DNA from: SAR202 cluster bacterium
GTDB lineage: Bacteria > Chloroflexota > Dehalococcoidia > Lucifugimonadales > GCA-2712585
Length of the DNA: 64,000 bases
Direction: 5' to 3'
NCBI GenBank assembly: GCA_016872285.1
Contig: VGZZ01000001.1
Span: 101,536-165,535 of the forward strand
Positions 56,382 through 64,000 of this stretch are shown one piece after another; within the stretch, counting starts at the first letter, position 1; every line of letters starts with the position of its first letter. The translations under genes and the position numbers were made by a program. The notes below the pieces were generated by a model that saw only the letters and a program-made list of their open reading frames with translations, was not told the DNA's origin and searched no databases.

Positions 56382-57860
56382 ATGGTCACCTCAGTTTTAG
56401 AGAAATACGAGGTCGTCATAGGGCTGGAGGTGCATGTCCAGCTCAAGACCAGGAGCAAAATGTTCTGCTCCTGCCGCGCCGACTATCAGACCGCCTCGCC
56501 CAACACCCTGGTCTGCCCCGTGTGCCTGGGGCTGCCGGGCACACTGCCGGTCATCAATCGTAGGGCGGTGGAGTTCACTATGGCCACCGGACTGGCGCTG
56601 AACTGCGAAATCGCGCCCACCACAAAATTCGACCGCAAGAACTACCCATACCCCGACCTCATGAAGGGCTATCAGATATCGCAGTACGACTCGCCCATCG
56701 CCACGAAGGGGCTTCTGGAGATTGAAAGCGACAGTGGCAAAAAGAAGGTGGGCATCACGCGAGTCCATCTGGAAGAGGACGTGGCCAAGCTGCAGCACGT
56801 CAACAACCCCCACGGCGAGAGTTTCAGCCTCGTAGACGTGAACCGCTCGGGCGTGCCGCTGATGGAGATAGTGGGCGAGCCGGACATCCGGTCGGCGGAG
56901 GAGGCCCGGCAGTATTTGACCACGCTGCGCTCCATACTCCAGTACATCGGCGTCACCACCGGCAACATGGAGGAGGGGAGCTTCCGGTGCGACGCCAACG
57001 TGAGCATTCGGCCCAAAGGAAGCAGCGCCTTCGGCACCCGGACGGAAATCAAGAACATGAACAGCTTCCGTTCGGTGTACAACGCCCTTTTATATGAGGT
57101 CGACCGCCAGGCTAAAGTCCTGGACGACGGCGGACGGGTGGTGCAGGAGACCAGGGGGTGGGTGGACGATAAGGGCGTTACCGTGTCCCAGCGTTCCAAA
57201 GAGCACGCCCACGACTATCGTTATTTCCCTGAGCCTGACCTGCCTCCCCTGGTAATAAGCCGGGAGTGGGTCAGCCTGGTAAAGGCCAGCCTGCCTGAGC
57301 TTCCCTCCCAGCGCCGGGACAGATTCGTGGGCCAGTACGGACTGCCGCTATACGACGCGGAGCATCTCACGTCTTCTAAGGATGTGGCGGACTTTTTTGA
57401 ATCGGCTGTCGCCAAGGGCGGGCAGTCCAGGGCCAAGTCCATCAGCAATTGGATGCTGAGCGACGTGACCAGGGTCTTAAATCTGAAGGGCCAGTCGCTG
57501 GGGGAGTCTGCGTTCAAGCCGGACCACCTGTCGGAGCTGGTGGAGTTGATCGAGTCGGGAACGCTGAGCAACACCCTGGCCAAGACGGTACTGGAAGAGG
57601 GGTTCGAGAGTGGCAAGCCGCCCTCGCAAGTGGTCAAAGAGAAGGGGCTGGCGCAAATCAGTGACACGTCCGTGGTGGAAGCAGCGGTGCAGCAGGCCAT
57701 AAGCGAGAACCCCAAGGCCGTGGAGGATTACATAAAGGGCAAGGACACGGCGTCCAGGTTCCTAGTGGGGCAGGTGATGAGGCTCACCAGGGGGAAGGGC
57801 AACCCCACCGTGGTGAATGAACTGGTGAAAAAGGGCCTGGAGGCCCTGAAGTCTAGCTAA
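56382..57860 (+). CDS. gatB: Asp/Glu-tRNA amidotransferase subunit B
   Basis: YEVVIGLEVHVQL N-terminus and a C-terminal YqeY-like domain. Confidence 0.95.
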   Translation: MVTSVLEKYEVVIGLEVHVQLKTRSKMFCSCRADYQTASPNTLVCPVCLGLPGTLPVINRRAVEFTMATGLALNCEIAPTTKFDRKNYPYPDLMKGYQISQYDSPIATKGLLEIESDSGKKKVGITRVHLEEDVAKLQHVNNPHGESFSLVDVNRSGVPLMEIVGEPDIRSAEEARQYLTTLRSILQYIGVTTGNMEEGSFRCDANVSIRPKGSSAFGTRTEIKNMNSFRSVYNALLYEVDRQAKVLDDGGRVVQETRGWVDDKGVTVSQRSKEHAHDYRYFPEPDLPPLVISREWVSLVKASLPELPSQRRDRFVGQYGLPLYDAEHLTSSKDVADFFESAVAKGGQSRAKSISNWMLSDVTRVLNLKGQSLGESAFKPDHLSELVELIESGTLSNTLAKTVLEEGFESGKPPSQVVKEKGLAQISDTSVVEAAVQQAISENPKAVEDYIKGKDTASRFLVGQVMRLTRGKGNPTVVNELVKKGLEALKSS

Positions 57861-57871
57861 AGAGGTATCTT

Positions 57872-58087
57872 TTGGAAACGGCGATAGATATAGTTCAGAT
57901 TCTTGTCTCCACCATCCTGGTCATCGTCATACTGCTGCAGGTTAGGGAGATGGGCACCGGCCTTTTCGGCTCCGCCACGGCGGCTTTCCGAGTGCGCAGG
58001 GGCATCGAGAAGACGCTCTTTCAGATGACTATAGTGCTGGTGGCCGTGTTTGTGGTGGTATCGATTTTGAGCGTACGGTTGAATTAA
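57872..58087 (+). CDS. secG: Preprotein translocase subunit SecG
   Basis: 71 aa with two TM helices around a Gly-rich loop (GTGLFGSATAAF). TTG start. Confidence 0.8.
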   Translation: METAIDIVQILVSTILVIVILLQVREMGTGLFGSATAAFRVRRGIEKTLFQMTIVLVAVFVVVSILSVRLN

Positions 58088-58172
58088 AGGACCGCCTGGC
58101 TTTTCACGCGAAACCAGCGCCTCTTTAATCGAGGCGATATCCCGGCTTATGAGTGATTAGCGCGCCCGTAAT

Positions 58173-58181
58173 TGCTCTAAT
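58173..58181 (+). promoter_or_regulatory. Candidate extended -10-like box abutting a sirC start candidate
   Basis: TGcTCTAAT, with the in-frame ATG at 58189 lying 7 nt downstream. Confidence 0.25.
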
Positions 58182-58188
58182 GCGAATT

Positions 58189-58860
58189 ATGACTAGCCCT
58201 AAAACCCAAAATCTCCCCTCCTACTACCCTGTCTTCCTGGACCTCACCGGCCGTCCATGCGTCGTCATCGGCGGCGGCGCCGTGGCCGAAGGCAAGGTCC
58301 AAGGCCTCCTCCACCACAACTGCCCCATCACCCTTGTCAGCCCCACCGCCACCGCCGCCCTCAAAGACTGGGCCGCAAAGGGCCGTATACAATGGCTCCA
58401 GCGCGAGTACCAGCCCGGCGACCTCAAAGACGCCTTCCTCGCCATCGCCGCCACCGACCAGCGGAGTGTCAACGACGCCGTAGCTAAAGAAGCCGCCGCC
58501 GAAAAAGTCCTCCTCAACGTCGTGGACTATCCTCCCCTCTGCGTCTTTATCGCCCCCGCCGTGGTCAAACGCGGCCCCGTCACCTTCGCCATCTCCACCT
58601 CCGGCGCCAGCCCCGCCCTCGCCCGCAAGCTCCGCGAGTCCCTGGAACAAAGCGACATCCTCCCCTACGCCGACCTCGCCCCCCTCCTAATGCGCGCCCG
58701 CCTCGAAATCAAAAAACAAGGGCTAAAAGTCCACCCCGACCGGTGGCAAGAAGCCCTGAATCATGACCTTCTCCGGCTAGTCCAGCAAGGCCACGAAGAC
58801 CAGGCCTTTGACCGACTTATGTCTACCCTGACCTCCAAATCGAAAGGTCGCGCTAGATGA
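58189..58860 (+). CDS. Precorrin-2 dehydrogenase / sirohydrochlorin ferrochelatase (SirC / CysG N-terminal type)
   Basis: YPVFLDLTGRPCVVIGGGAVAEGKV Rossmann motif. The start is uncertain (in-frame candidates at 58153, 58180 and 58189). 58189 lies 7 nt after a TGCTCTAAT box. Confidence 0.8.
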   Translation: MTSPKTQNLPSYYPVFLDLTGRPCVVIGGGAVAEGKVQGLLHHNCPITLVSPTATAALKDWAAKGRIQWLQREYQPGDLKDAFLAIAATDQRSVNDAVAKEAAAEKVLLNVVDYPPLCVFIAPAVVKRGPVTFAISTSGASPALARKLRESLEQSDILPYADLAPLLMRARLEIKKQGLKVHPDRWQEALNHDLLRLVQQGHEDQAFDRLMSTLTSKSKGRAR

Positions 58861-58894
58861 TCACGGCTCTCGTTACCAACCAACAAGACTATTC

Positions 58895-58950
58895 TGTCAT
58901 TCTGAGCGGAGCCGGTACTCCGACGCAGTCGAAGAATCTGCTACGCGTGG
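58895..58950 (+). repeat. E-family repeat E6
   Basis: GTCATTCTGAGCGGAGCCGGTACTCCGACGCAGTCGAAGAATCTGC. Confidence 0.8.
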
Positions 58951-59032
58951 AACCCCGTTGTGAGTGCGTCGCTCACCGCCTCACAAAACCAATTTCTCAG
59001 CGTTGCCTTCTATTGCTCCAGGTCACTACCCC

Positions 59033-59950
59033 ATGACCCCCCTCATCGTCGGCACCCGAGGCTCCCGCCTCGCCCTCATCCAGACCGAAGAAGCCCTAGC
59101 CCTAATCCGCGCCAAACACCCCGCCCAAGCCTTCGATATCAAGACCATCCGCACTGGCGGCGACAAAGCCCCCGACGTTCCCCTTGCCTCTCTTGGCCGG
59201 GGCGTCTTCGTCAAAGAGATCGAAGACGCCCTCCTCCGCAAGGAAATCGACCTCGCCGTCCACAGCCTCAAAGACCTCCCGCCCGTCACGCCTCCCTGCC
59301 TCGCCATCGCCGCCATCACCCAGCGCATCGACCCCCGCGACGTCCTCGTCAGCAAAGAAAACGTGACCCTGGACAAGCTCCCGCCAGGCGCTCGAATCGG
59401 CACCAGCAGTCCCCGCCGCACCGCCCAGCTCCGCCGCCTCCGGCCCGACCTCCAGGCCCTCCCCATCCGTGGTAACGTGGACACTCGAGTCAACAAAGCC
59501 TTCGGCCCTGACTACGACGGCGTTATTCTCGCCGCCGCTGGCCTCATCCGCCTCGGCCTCCAGTCCAAAATCTCCCAGTACTTCTCTGCAGAAGAGTTTA
59601 TCCCCGACCCCGGCCAGGGCGCTCTGGCTATCGAAGTACGCCAGGACGACAACCACACCCTCGCCCTCCTCAAGACCATCGACCATTCCCCCACTCGGCG
59701 CGCCGTCACCGCCGAGCGCGCCTTCCTCGAAAAGCTCGGCATGGGTTGTAGCAGCCCCTCCGCCGCCTACGCCCGCGTCAGCGGCGACAGCATAATCATG
59801 TATGCCCTCCTCGCCTCGCCTGACAGCGCCCAGTCCTTCACCACCAAGGCCCGCGGCAACCCCGATAACCCCCGCGAGCTCGCCGCCGAAGCCCTCCAGC
59901 GCCTCATAGAAAAAGGCGCCGCCAAACTTTTCTCCCCAGAAAAACAGTAG
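59033..59950 (+). CDS. hemC: Hydroxymethylbilane synthase (porphobilinogen deaminase)
   Basis: IVGTRGSRLALIQT N-terminus. Start is the ATG at 59033; the upstream extension covers a repeat. Confidence 0.95.
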   Translation: MTPLIVGTRGSRLALIQTEEALALIRAKHPAQAFDIKTIRTGGDKAPDVPLASLGRGVFVKEIEDALLRKEIDLAVHSLKDLPPVTPPCLAIAAITQRIDPRDVLVSKENVTLDKLPPGARIGTSSPRRTAQLRRLRPDLQALPIRGNVDTRVNKAFGPDYDGVILAAAGLIRLGLQSKISQYFSAEEFIPDPGQGALAIEVRQDDNHTLALLKTIDHSPTRRAVTAERAFLEKLGMGCSSPSAAYARVSGDSIIMYALLASPDSAQSFTTKARGNPDNPRELAAEALQRLIEKGAAKLFSPEKQ

Positions 59951-60088
59951 AACCCTACTGCTGTTACAATTCACTTATGAAACTCGCTTCTTGCATCAAG
60001 CCAACTTCCTTCTTTCGCCTTCCCTTATATGCCTAGTGTTAGTTGAGGTTTGAGGCCCTAACATGAGGATTGAAGGCTTCCCCGGCAA

Positions 60089-60190
60089 TTCCTTCTCCCC
60101 TTGTGGGAGAAGGCGCAGGTTTAGGGGTGAATCCCTAGGAACACGATTCTTTATCAATGCCACCTGCTGCGCTGCGTTTATCCCTTTCCT
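60089..60190 (+). repeat. F-family repeat F2 (upstream of cobA-hemD)
   Basis: CCTTCTCCCCTTGTGGGAGAAGGCGCAGGTTTAGGGGTGAATCCCTAGGAACACGATTCTTTATCAATGCCACCTGCTGCGCTGCG. Confidence 0.85.
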
Positions 60191-60232
60191 CGCTCGGCAA
60201 AAGAGGGGTAGGAAGGGGGCAATCCTATCCCC

Positions 60233-61762
60233 ATGACCCCTACTCCAGCGCTCATCTCCCTCGTCGGCGCCGGCCCTGGCGACCCCGGGCTCATCACCGC
60301 CAAAGGCCTCCACCGCCTCCGCCAGGCCGACGTCATCGTCTACGACCGCCTCATCGACAAAGCCATCCTCAAAGAGGCCCGCCCCGACGCACAGCTTATC
60401 TACGTCGGCAAAGACCCTACCCCAGGCGCCGCTGCCGGCCAGGAAGACATCTTCCCGCTGCTAATAGATAAGGCCCGCGAAGGCAAGCGCGTCGTCCGGC
60501 TAAAAGGTGGCGACCCATTTGTCTTCGGCCGCGGCGGCGAGGAGGCCCAGGTCCTCGCCATGGCTGGTATCCCCTTCGAAATCATCCCCGGCGTCACCTC
60601 CGCCATCGCCGCCCCCGCCTACGCCGGAATTCCTGTCACCCACCGCGACGCCGCCTCCTCCTTCACTGTCGTCAGCGCCGTGGAAGACCCAGCAAAAGAA
60701 AAGTCCGCCATCAACTGGCAAGCCCTCGCCCAGACCGGCGGCACGCTAATCGTCATGATGGGCTGGTCTGCCCTGCCTAAAGTCGTCGAACGCCTCCTTA
60801 AAGAAGGCATGAAGCCCTCCACCCCCGTCGCCCTGGTCGAGTGGGGCACCTACCCTAAACAGCGCACCGTCACCGCCACCCTGAAAGACATTGTCCGACG
60901 AGGGCAGGATGCCGGCCTCGGCCCGCCTGTCGTCGCCGTCATCGGCCAGGTGGTCAACCTCCGCGACGACATCGCCTGGTTCGACAACCGCCCCCTCTCC
61001 GGCCTTCGAGTCCTCGTCACTCGCTCCCGCCAGCAGGCCTCTGTGTTATGTCAACTCCTCGCCCAGGAAGGCGCCGACCCCATCGAGCTTCCCGCCATCG
61101 AGATCGCCCCTCCCCAGTCCTTCGACGCCCTGGACTCCGCCCTCCGACGCCTCTCCCAATATCAGTGGGTCGTCTTCACCAGCGTTAACGGCGTCGATGC
61201 CTTCTTTGGCCGACTTCATGCCCTCGGCCTGGACAGCCGCGCCCTGGGCGGTGTCAGACTTTGCGCCATCGGTCCCGCCACTGCTTCCGCCCTCCAAAAA
61301 TTTGGCCTCCATGCCGACCTCGTCCCCCCCGAGTTCACCTCCAATGCTCTTTCCCAGTCCCTCGGTCATGCCGCCAAAGACTCCCGCGTCCTCCTTCCCC
61401 GCACCGACATCGCCCCCCTGGACCTTGTCCAAGCCCTGGAGCAGTCCGGCGCCACCGTTGACCAAGTCATCGCCTATCGCACCCTCGTACCCGCTTCCTC
61501 CAAAGAAACCGCTCTACGGCTTCTATCCAGTGGTAAAATAGACGCCGTCACCTTCACCAGTTCCTCCACAGTTAACAATCTAATCGAGCTTCTTAACGGC
61601 AACTCCGGCCTCCTTGCGGGCAAACTCATCACCTCCATAGGCCCCATCACCTCCCGTACTGCCCGTGACCGCGGCCTCACCGTCGATGTAGAAGCCCCTA
61701 TACATACAGTGGAAGGCCTGGTGGAAGCTATGAAAGCATATTTAGCCAGGGTAAAAGGATAA
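60233..61762 (+). CDS. Fused uroporphyrinogen-III C-methyltransferase / uroporphyrinogen-III synthase
   Basis: The N-terminal SUMT domain has LVGAGPGDPGLIT. The C-terminal half is HemD-like. Confidence 0.9.
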   Translation: MTPTPALISLVGAGPGDPGLITAKGLHRLRQADVIVYDRLIDKAILKEARPDAQLIYVGKDPTPGAAAGQEDIFPLLIDKAREGKRVVRLKGGDPFVFGRGGEEAQVLAMAGIPFEIIPGVTSAIAAPAYAGIPVTHRDAASSFTVVSAVEDPAKEKSAINWQALAQTGGTLIVMMGWSALPKVVERLLKEGMKPSTPVALVEWGTYPKQRTVTATLKDIVRRGQDAGLGPPVVAVIGQVVNLRDDIAWFDNRPLSGLRVLVTRSRQQASVLCQLLAQEGADPIELPAIEIAPPQSFDALDSALRRLSQYQWVVFTSVNGVDAFFGRLHALGLDSRALGGVRLCAIGPATASALQKFGLHADLVPPEFTSNALSQSLGHAAKDSRVLLPRTDIAPLDLVQALEQSGATVDQVIAYRTLVPASSKETALRLLSSGKIDAVTFTSSSTVNNLIELLNGNSGLLAGKLITSIGPITSRTARDRGLTVDVEAPIHTVEGLVEAMKAYLARVKG

Positions 61763-61894
61763 AGGTTGAAACAGCCCAGTATATTCACAATTATTCCTTC
61801 GCCCTTTAGTAACGGTCAAGCGCAACGGGTCCTAAACCTGCCGAAGGTTCAACGAGGGGAGTTGGAACAGATGTACGAACGTCACCCAGGAACT

Positions 61895-61995
61895 GCCTTC
61901 TCCCCTTGTGGGAGAAGGCGTAGGATGAGGGGTGAATCCCTAGAAGCACAATGCTTTATCAATGCCACCTGCCATGCTGCGCTTATATCCCTCTC
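61895..61995 (+). repeat. F-family repeat F3 (upstream of hemB)
   Basis: CCTTCTCCCCTTGTGGGAGAAGGCGTAGGATGAGGGGTGAATCCCTAGAAGCACAATGCTTTATCAATGCCACCTGCCATGCTGCGC. A direct repeat of F2. Confidence 0.85.
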
Positions 61996-62031
61996 CAACA
62001 AGTGGAAAGGTTAGGGTGGAGGACGTAACCC

Positions 62032-63015
62032 ATGCCCACCTTCCCCCAGCTCCGCCTCCGCCGCCTCCGCGAAAACCCCACCCTGCGAGACATGGTGCGG
62101 GAGACCTACCTCTCCCCTCGAGACTTCATCTTCCCCCTCTTCGTTACCCACGGCCGCGATATCCGTGACGAAATCGCCCCCATGCCCGGCATCTACCACC
62201 TCTCCCTCGACAACCTTCTCACCGAGGTCAAGGAAGTCGCCGACCTCGGCATCCCAGGCGTCATCCTCTTCGGCCTCCCCGCCGAAAAAGACTCCTCTGG
62301 AAGTGAGGCCTATGACGACCACGGCATCATCCAGGAAGCTATCGGCGTCATCAAGCAGGCCACCCCTGACCTCCTCGTCATCACCGACGTCTGCCTCTGC
62401 GAATACACCAGCCACGGCCATTGCGGCGTCATCCACGACGGCGGCATCGACAACGACCGTACCCTGGAGCTCTACCAGCGTATCGCTATCTCCCACGCCA
62501 AAGCCGGCGCTGACGTTGTCGCCCCTTCAGGCATGATGGACGGACAGGTCAAAGCCATCCGCGGCGCTTTAGACCATGAGACCTTCCAGGACACCCCCAT
62601 TATGGCCTACGCCGCCAAACACGCCTCCGCCTTCTATGGCCCCTTTCGCACCGCCGCCAACTCCACCCCCCAATTCGGCGACCGCAAAAGCTACCAGATG
62701 GACCCCGCCAACCCTCGCATGGCCCTCCGTGAGATCGAGGCTGACATCGAAGAGGGCGCCGACATCATCATGGTCAAACCTGCTCTGGCCTATCTGGACG
62801 TTATCTCCAAGGCCCGCCAGAGCTTCGCCCCCCCCATCGCCGCCTACAACGTCAGCGGCGAGTACTCCATGATCAAGTCCGCCGCCGCCAACGGCTGGCT
62901 CGACGAGCGCTCCGCCACCCTCGAACTCCTCACCGGCATCAAGCGCGCTGGCGCAGATATCATCATCTCCTACCACGCCAAAGACGTCGCCCACTGGCTC
63001 AACTCCCGCCGCTAG
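62032..63015 (+). CDS. hemB: Porphobilinogen synthase (Zn-type)
   Basis: Cys-rich metal site DVCLCEYTSHGHCG. SD GGTGGAGGA lies upstream. Confidence 0.95.
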   Translation: MPTFPQLRLRRLRENPTLRDMVRETYLSPRDFIFPLFVTHGRDIRDEIAPMPGIYHLSLDNLLTEVKEVADLGIPGVILFGLPAEKDSSGSEAYDDHGIIQEAIGVIKQATPDLLVITDVCLCEYTSHGHCGVIHDGGIDNDRTLELYQRIAISHAKAGADVVAPSGMMDGQVKAIRGALDHETFQDTPIMAYAAKHASAFYGPFRTAANSTPQFGDRKSYQMDPANPRMALREIEADIEEGADIIMVKPALAYLDVISKARQSFAPPIAAYNVSGEYSMIKSAAANGWLDERSATLELLTGIKRAGADIIISYHAKDVAHWLNSRR

Positions 63016-63018
63016 CCT

Positions 63019-63145
63019 CACTGTCATTTCGAGCGAAGTCGAGAAATCTCAGCTTACTGTCCGCCACCATTACGTATGGCTACCAAGGCGTACTGGTTCC
63101 ATCCGCTACCGCCACACACCATTTATTATCAGTCACCCTGAGCCT
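63019..63145 (+). repeat. E-family repeat E7, directly after the hemB stop
   Basis: CTGTCATTTCGAGCGAAGTCGAGAAATCTCAGC...CCATTTATTATCAGTCACCCTGAGC. Confidence 0.75.
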
Positions 63146-63149
63146 AGGG

Positions 63150-63183
63150 AAAATGAAAGCCCCCTCGTCAATGAGGGGGCTTT
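63150..63183 (-). terminator. Terminator after sodN (bidirectional form)
   Basis: GCCCCCTC-gtcaat-GAGGGGGC stem. On the minus strand it is followed by TTTCATTTT. Confidence 0.6.
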
Positions 63184-63207
63184 GAAATCCAATGGTTAGA
63201 AGAGGCC

Positions 63208-63711
63208 TTAGTCCGGCACCACTATCTCCCCACCCGTCGTCTGGCGGGACGGCTTTCGCACCGGTTTCGCGCCCTTCGTCTTCCAGAAAATCTCCGCAAT
63301 CTCCTGCGTCGCCTTCAACAGCCCGTTGGCAGCATCTAGGTTCCGATGCTGCCTCGCCTCCGACCCTGCCTTCATCGCCTTCCAGAAGGTGTCATGCAGG
63401 TTCGGGTGCTGCTGCACGTGTTCGGGCTTGAAGTAATCGCCCCACAACACCCTAAGCTCCCGCTTCGCCAGTTCGGCATGCTCTTCCTTCACTGTCGTCA
63501 AACGGGAAATCTTGTGGGTGTATATCGCCGACTCATCCTTCGTAGCATTGGGGCCCGGCTTCTCCAGCTCATTGATCAGCGTCGCCATCCGCACTACAGT
63601 GTGAGCAGCAATCTGCGCCAGGTGCGGGTCGTAAATGCCGCAAGGAATGTCGCAGTGGGCGTACGCCTTGCGAGCGGGCATAGCCCGTAGGACTTTGGTA
63701 ATGATAGACAT
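63208..63711 (-). CDS. sodN: Nickel superoxide dismutase precursor
   Basis: The Ni-hook HCDIPCGIYDP follows a short leader (MSIITKVLRAMPARKAYA). The ATG at 63711 follows GGAGGAGGGAG. Confidence 0.85.
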   Translation of the reverse strand: MSIITKVLRAMPARKAYAHCDIPCGIYDPHLAQIAAHTVVRMATLINELEKPGPNATKDESAIYTHKISRLTTVKEEHAELAKRELRVLWGDYFKPEHVQQHPNLHDTFWKAMKAGSEARQHRNLDAANGLLKATQEIAEIFWKTKGAKPVRKPSRQTTGGEIVVPD

Positions 63712-63870
63712 GCTCCCTCCTCCAAAAGTTCGGGTATTTGACCGCCGCAGTATAACCCAAAAGCCTCCCTCTGCCAACGATTATGTCTTTCCCCCACCGA
63801 AGGCTAACCTTGACGCCCACATATCGACACCTTACCTTGATTCCATCCCTCTTCCCCCGGAGGCTCCCCT

Positions 63871-64000
63871 ATGAAAAAAGCCCTCGTCGTCGGCGGCACC
63901 GGCCCCACCGGCCCCATGGTCGTCCAGGGCCTCCTGGACCGCGGCCATCACGTCACCATCTACCACCGAGGCTTCCACGAAACTGACGACCTTCCCAAAG
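63871..64000 (+). CDS. NAD(P)-dependent epimerase/dehydratase-family protein, N-terminal fragment (runs off window)
   Basis: MKKALVVGGTGPTGPMVVQGLLDRGHHV Rossmann motif. The ATG follows CCGGAGG. Confidence 0.6.
   Translation, partial: MKKALVVGGTGPTGPMVVQGLLDRGHHVTIYHRGFHETDDLPK

Overview
Gene-dense bacterial chromosomal segment of 64 kb, about 60% GC by eye. I call 63 protein-coding genes or pseudogenes. I recognised no rRNA, tRNA, CRISPR array, transposase or prophage genes. Most content is housekeeping. It includes a partial iron-type ABC importer, metH, purL/purQ and riboflavin genes (ribH; ribD-ribE-ribBA). It also includes an inositol-phospholipid trio (ino1, GT4, CDP-alcohol transferase), lepB and an ECF sigma/anti-sigma pair. 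Further on are prfB, nfi, tgt, a heat-shock set (hsp20, dnaJ-hspR, clpB), PIN/TRAM-ispD-ispF-cysS, mscL, pcm-gatB-secG, a siroheme/heme cluster (ahbAB-like, sirC, hemC, cobA-hemD, hemB) and Ni-SOD. The mix (HspR, Ni-SOD, PI-lipid genes, DinB/TIGR03086 proteins, SD-less starts) looks Actinomycetota/Chloroflexota-like, but that is only an impression. Main hunt results follow. (1) A two-domain PDO/glutaredoxin-like gene is split in the ORF track only by an in-frame TGA at the first Cys of its second CxxC motif, so it is a candidate selenoprotein. (2) The + strand is C-rich at synonymous sites whatever the coding strand, except for a block of about 4.2 kb (about 53.9-58.1 kb) with the opposite polarity. 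Un-inverting that block would join ahbAB to sirC-hemC-cobA/hemD-hemB. (3) Almost every larger intergenic gap is filled with mosaic hairpin repeats of at least three families. All 23 copies I delineated have the same orientation, and two carry canonical G3N6G3N5G3N6G3 motifs. (4) There is a 53-nt poly-C tract. (5) A ThrC-like/NIL/MoaD-like cluster suggests protein-thiocarboxylate-dependent homocysteine synthesis. (6) Several gene lesions or recoding sites are visible: the prfB +1 frameshift, a nonsense-mutated tandem paralog, a 1-nt frameshift in a DUF62 gene, and a split EamA transporter inside the pur cluster. Repeat boundaries and all promoter, terminator and operator calls come from reading by eye and are approximate.
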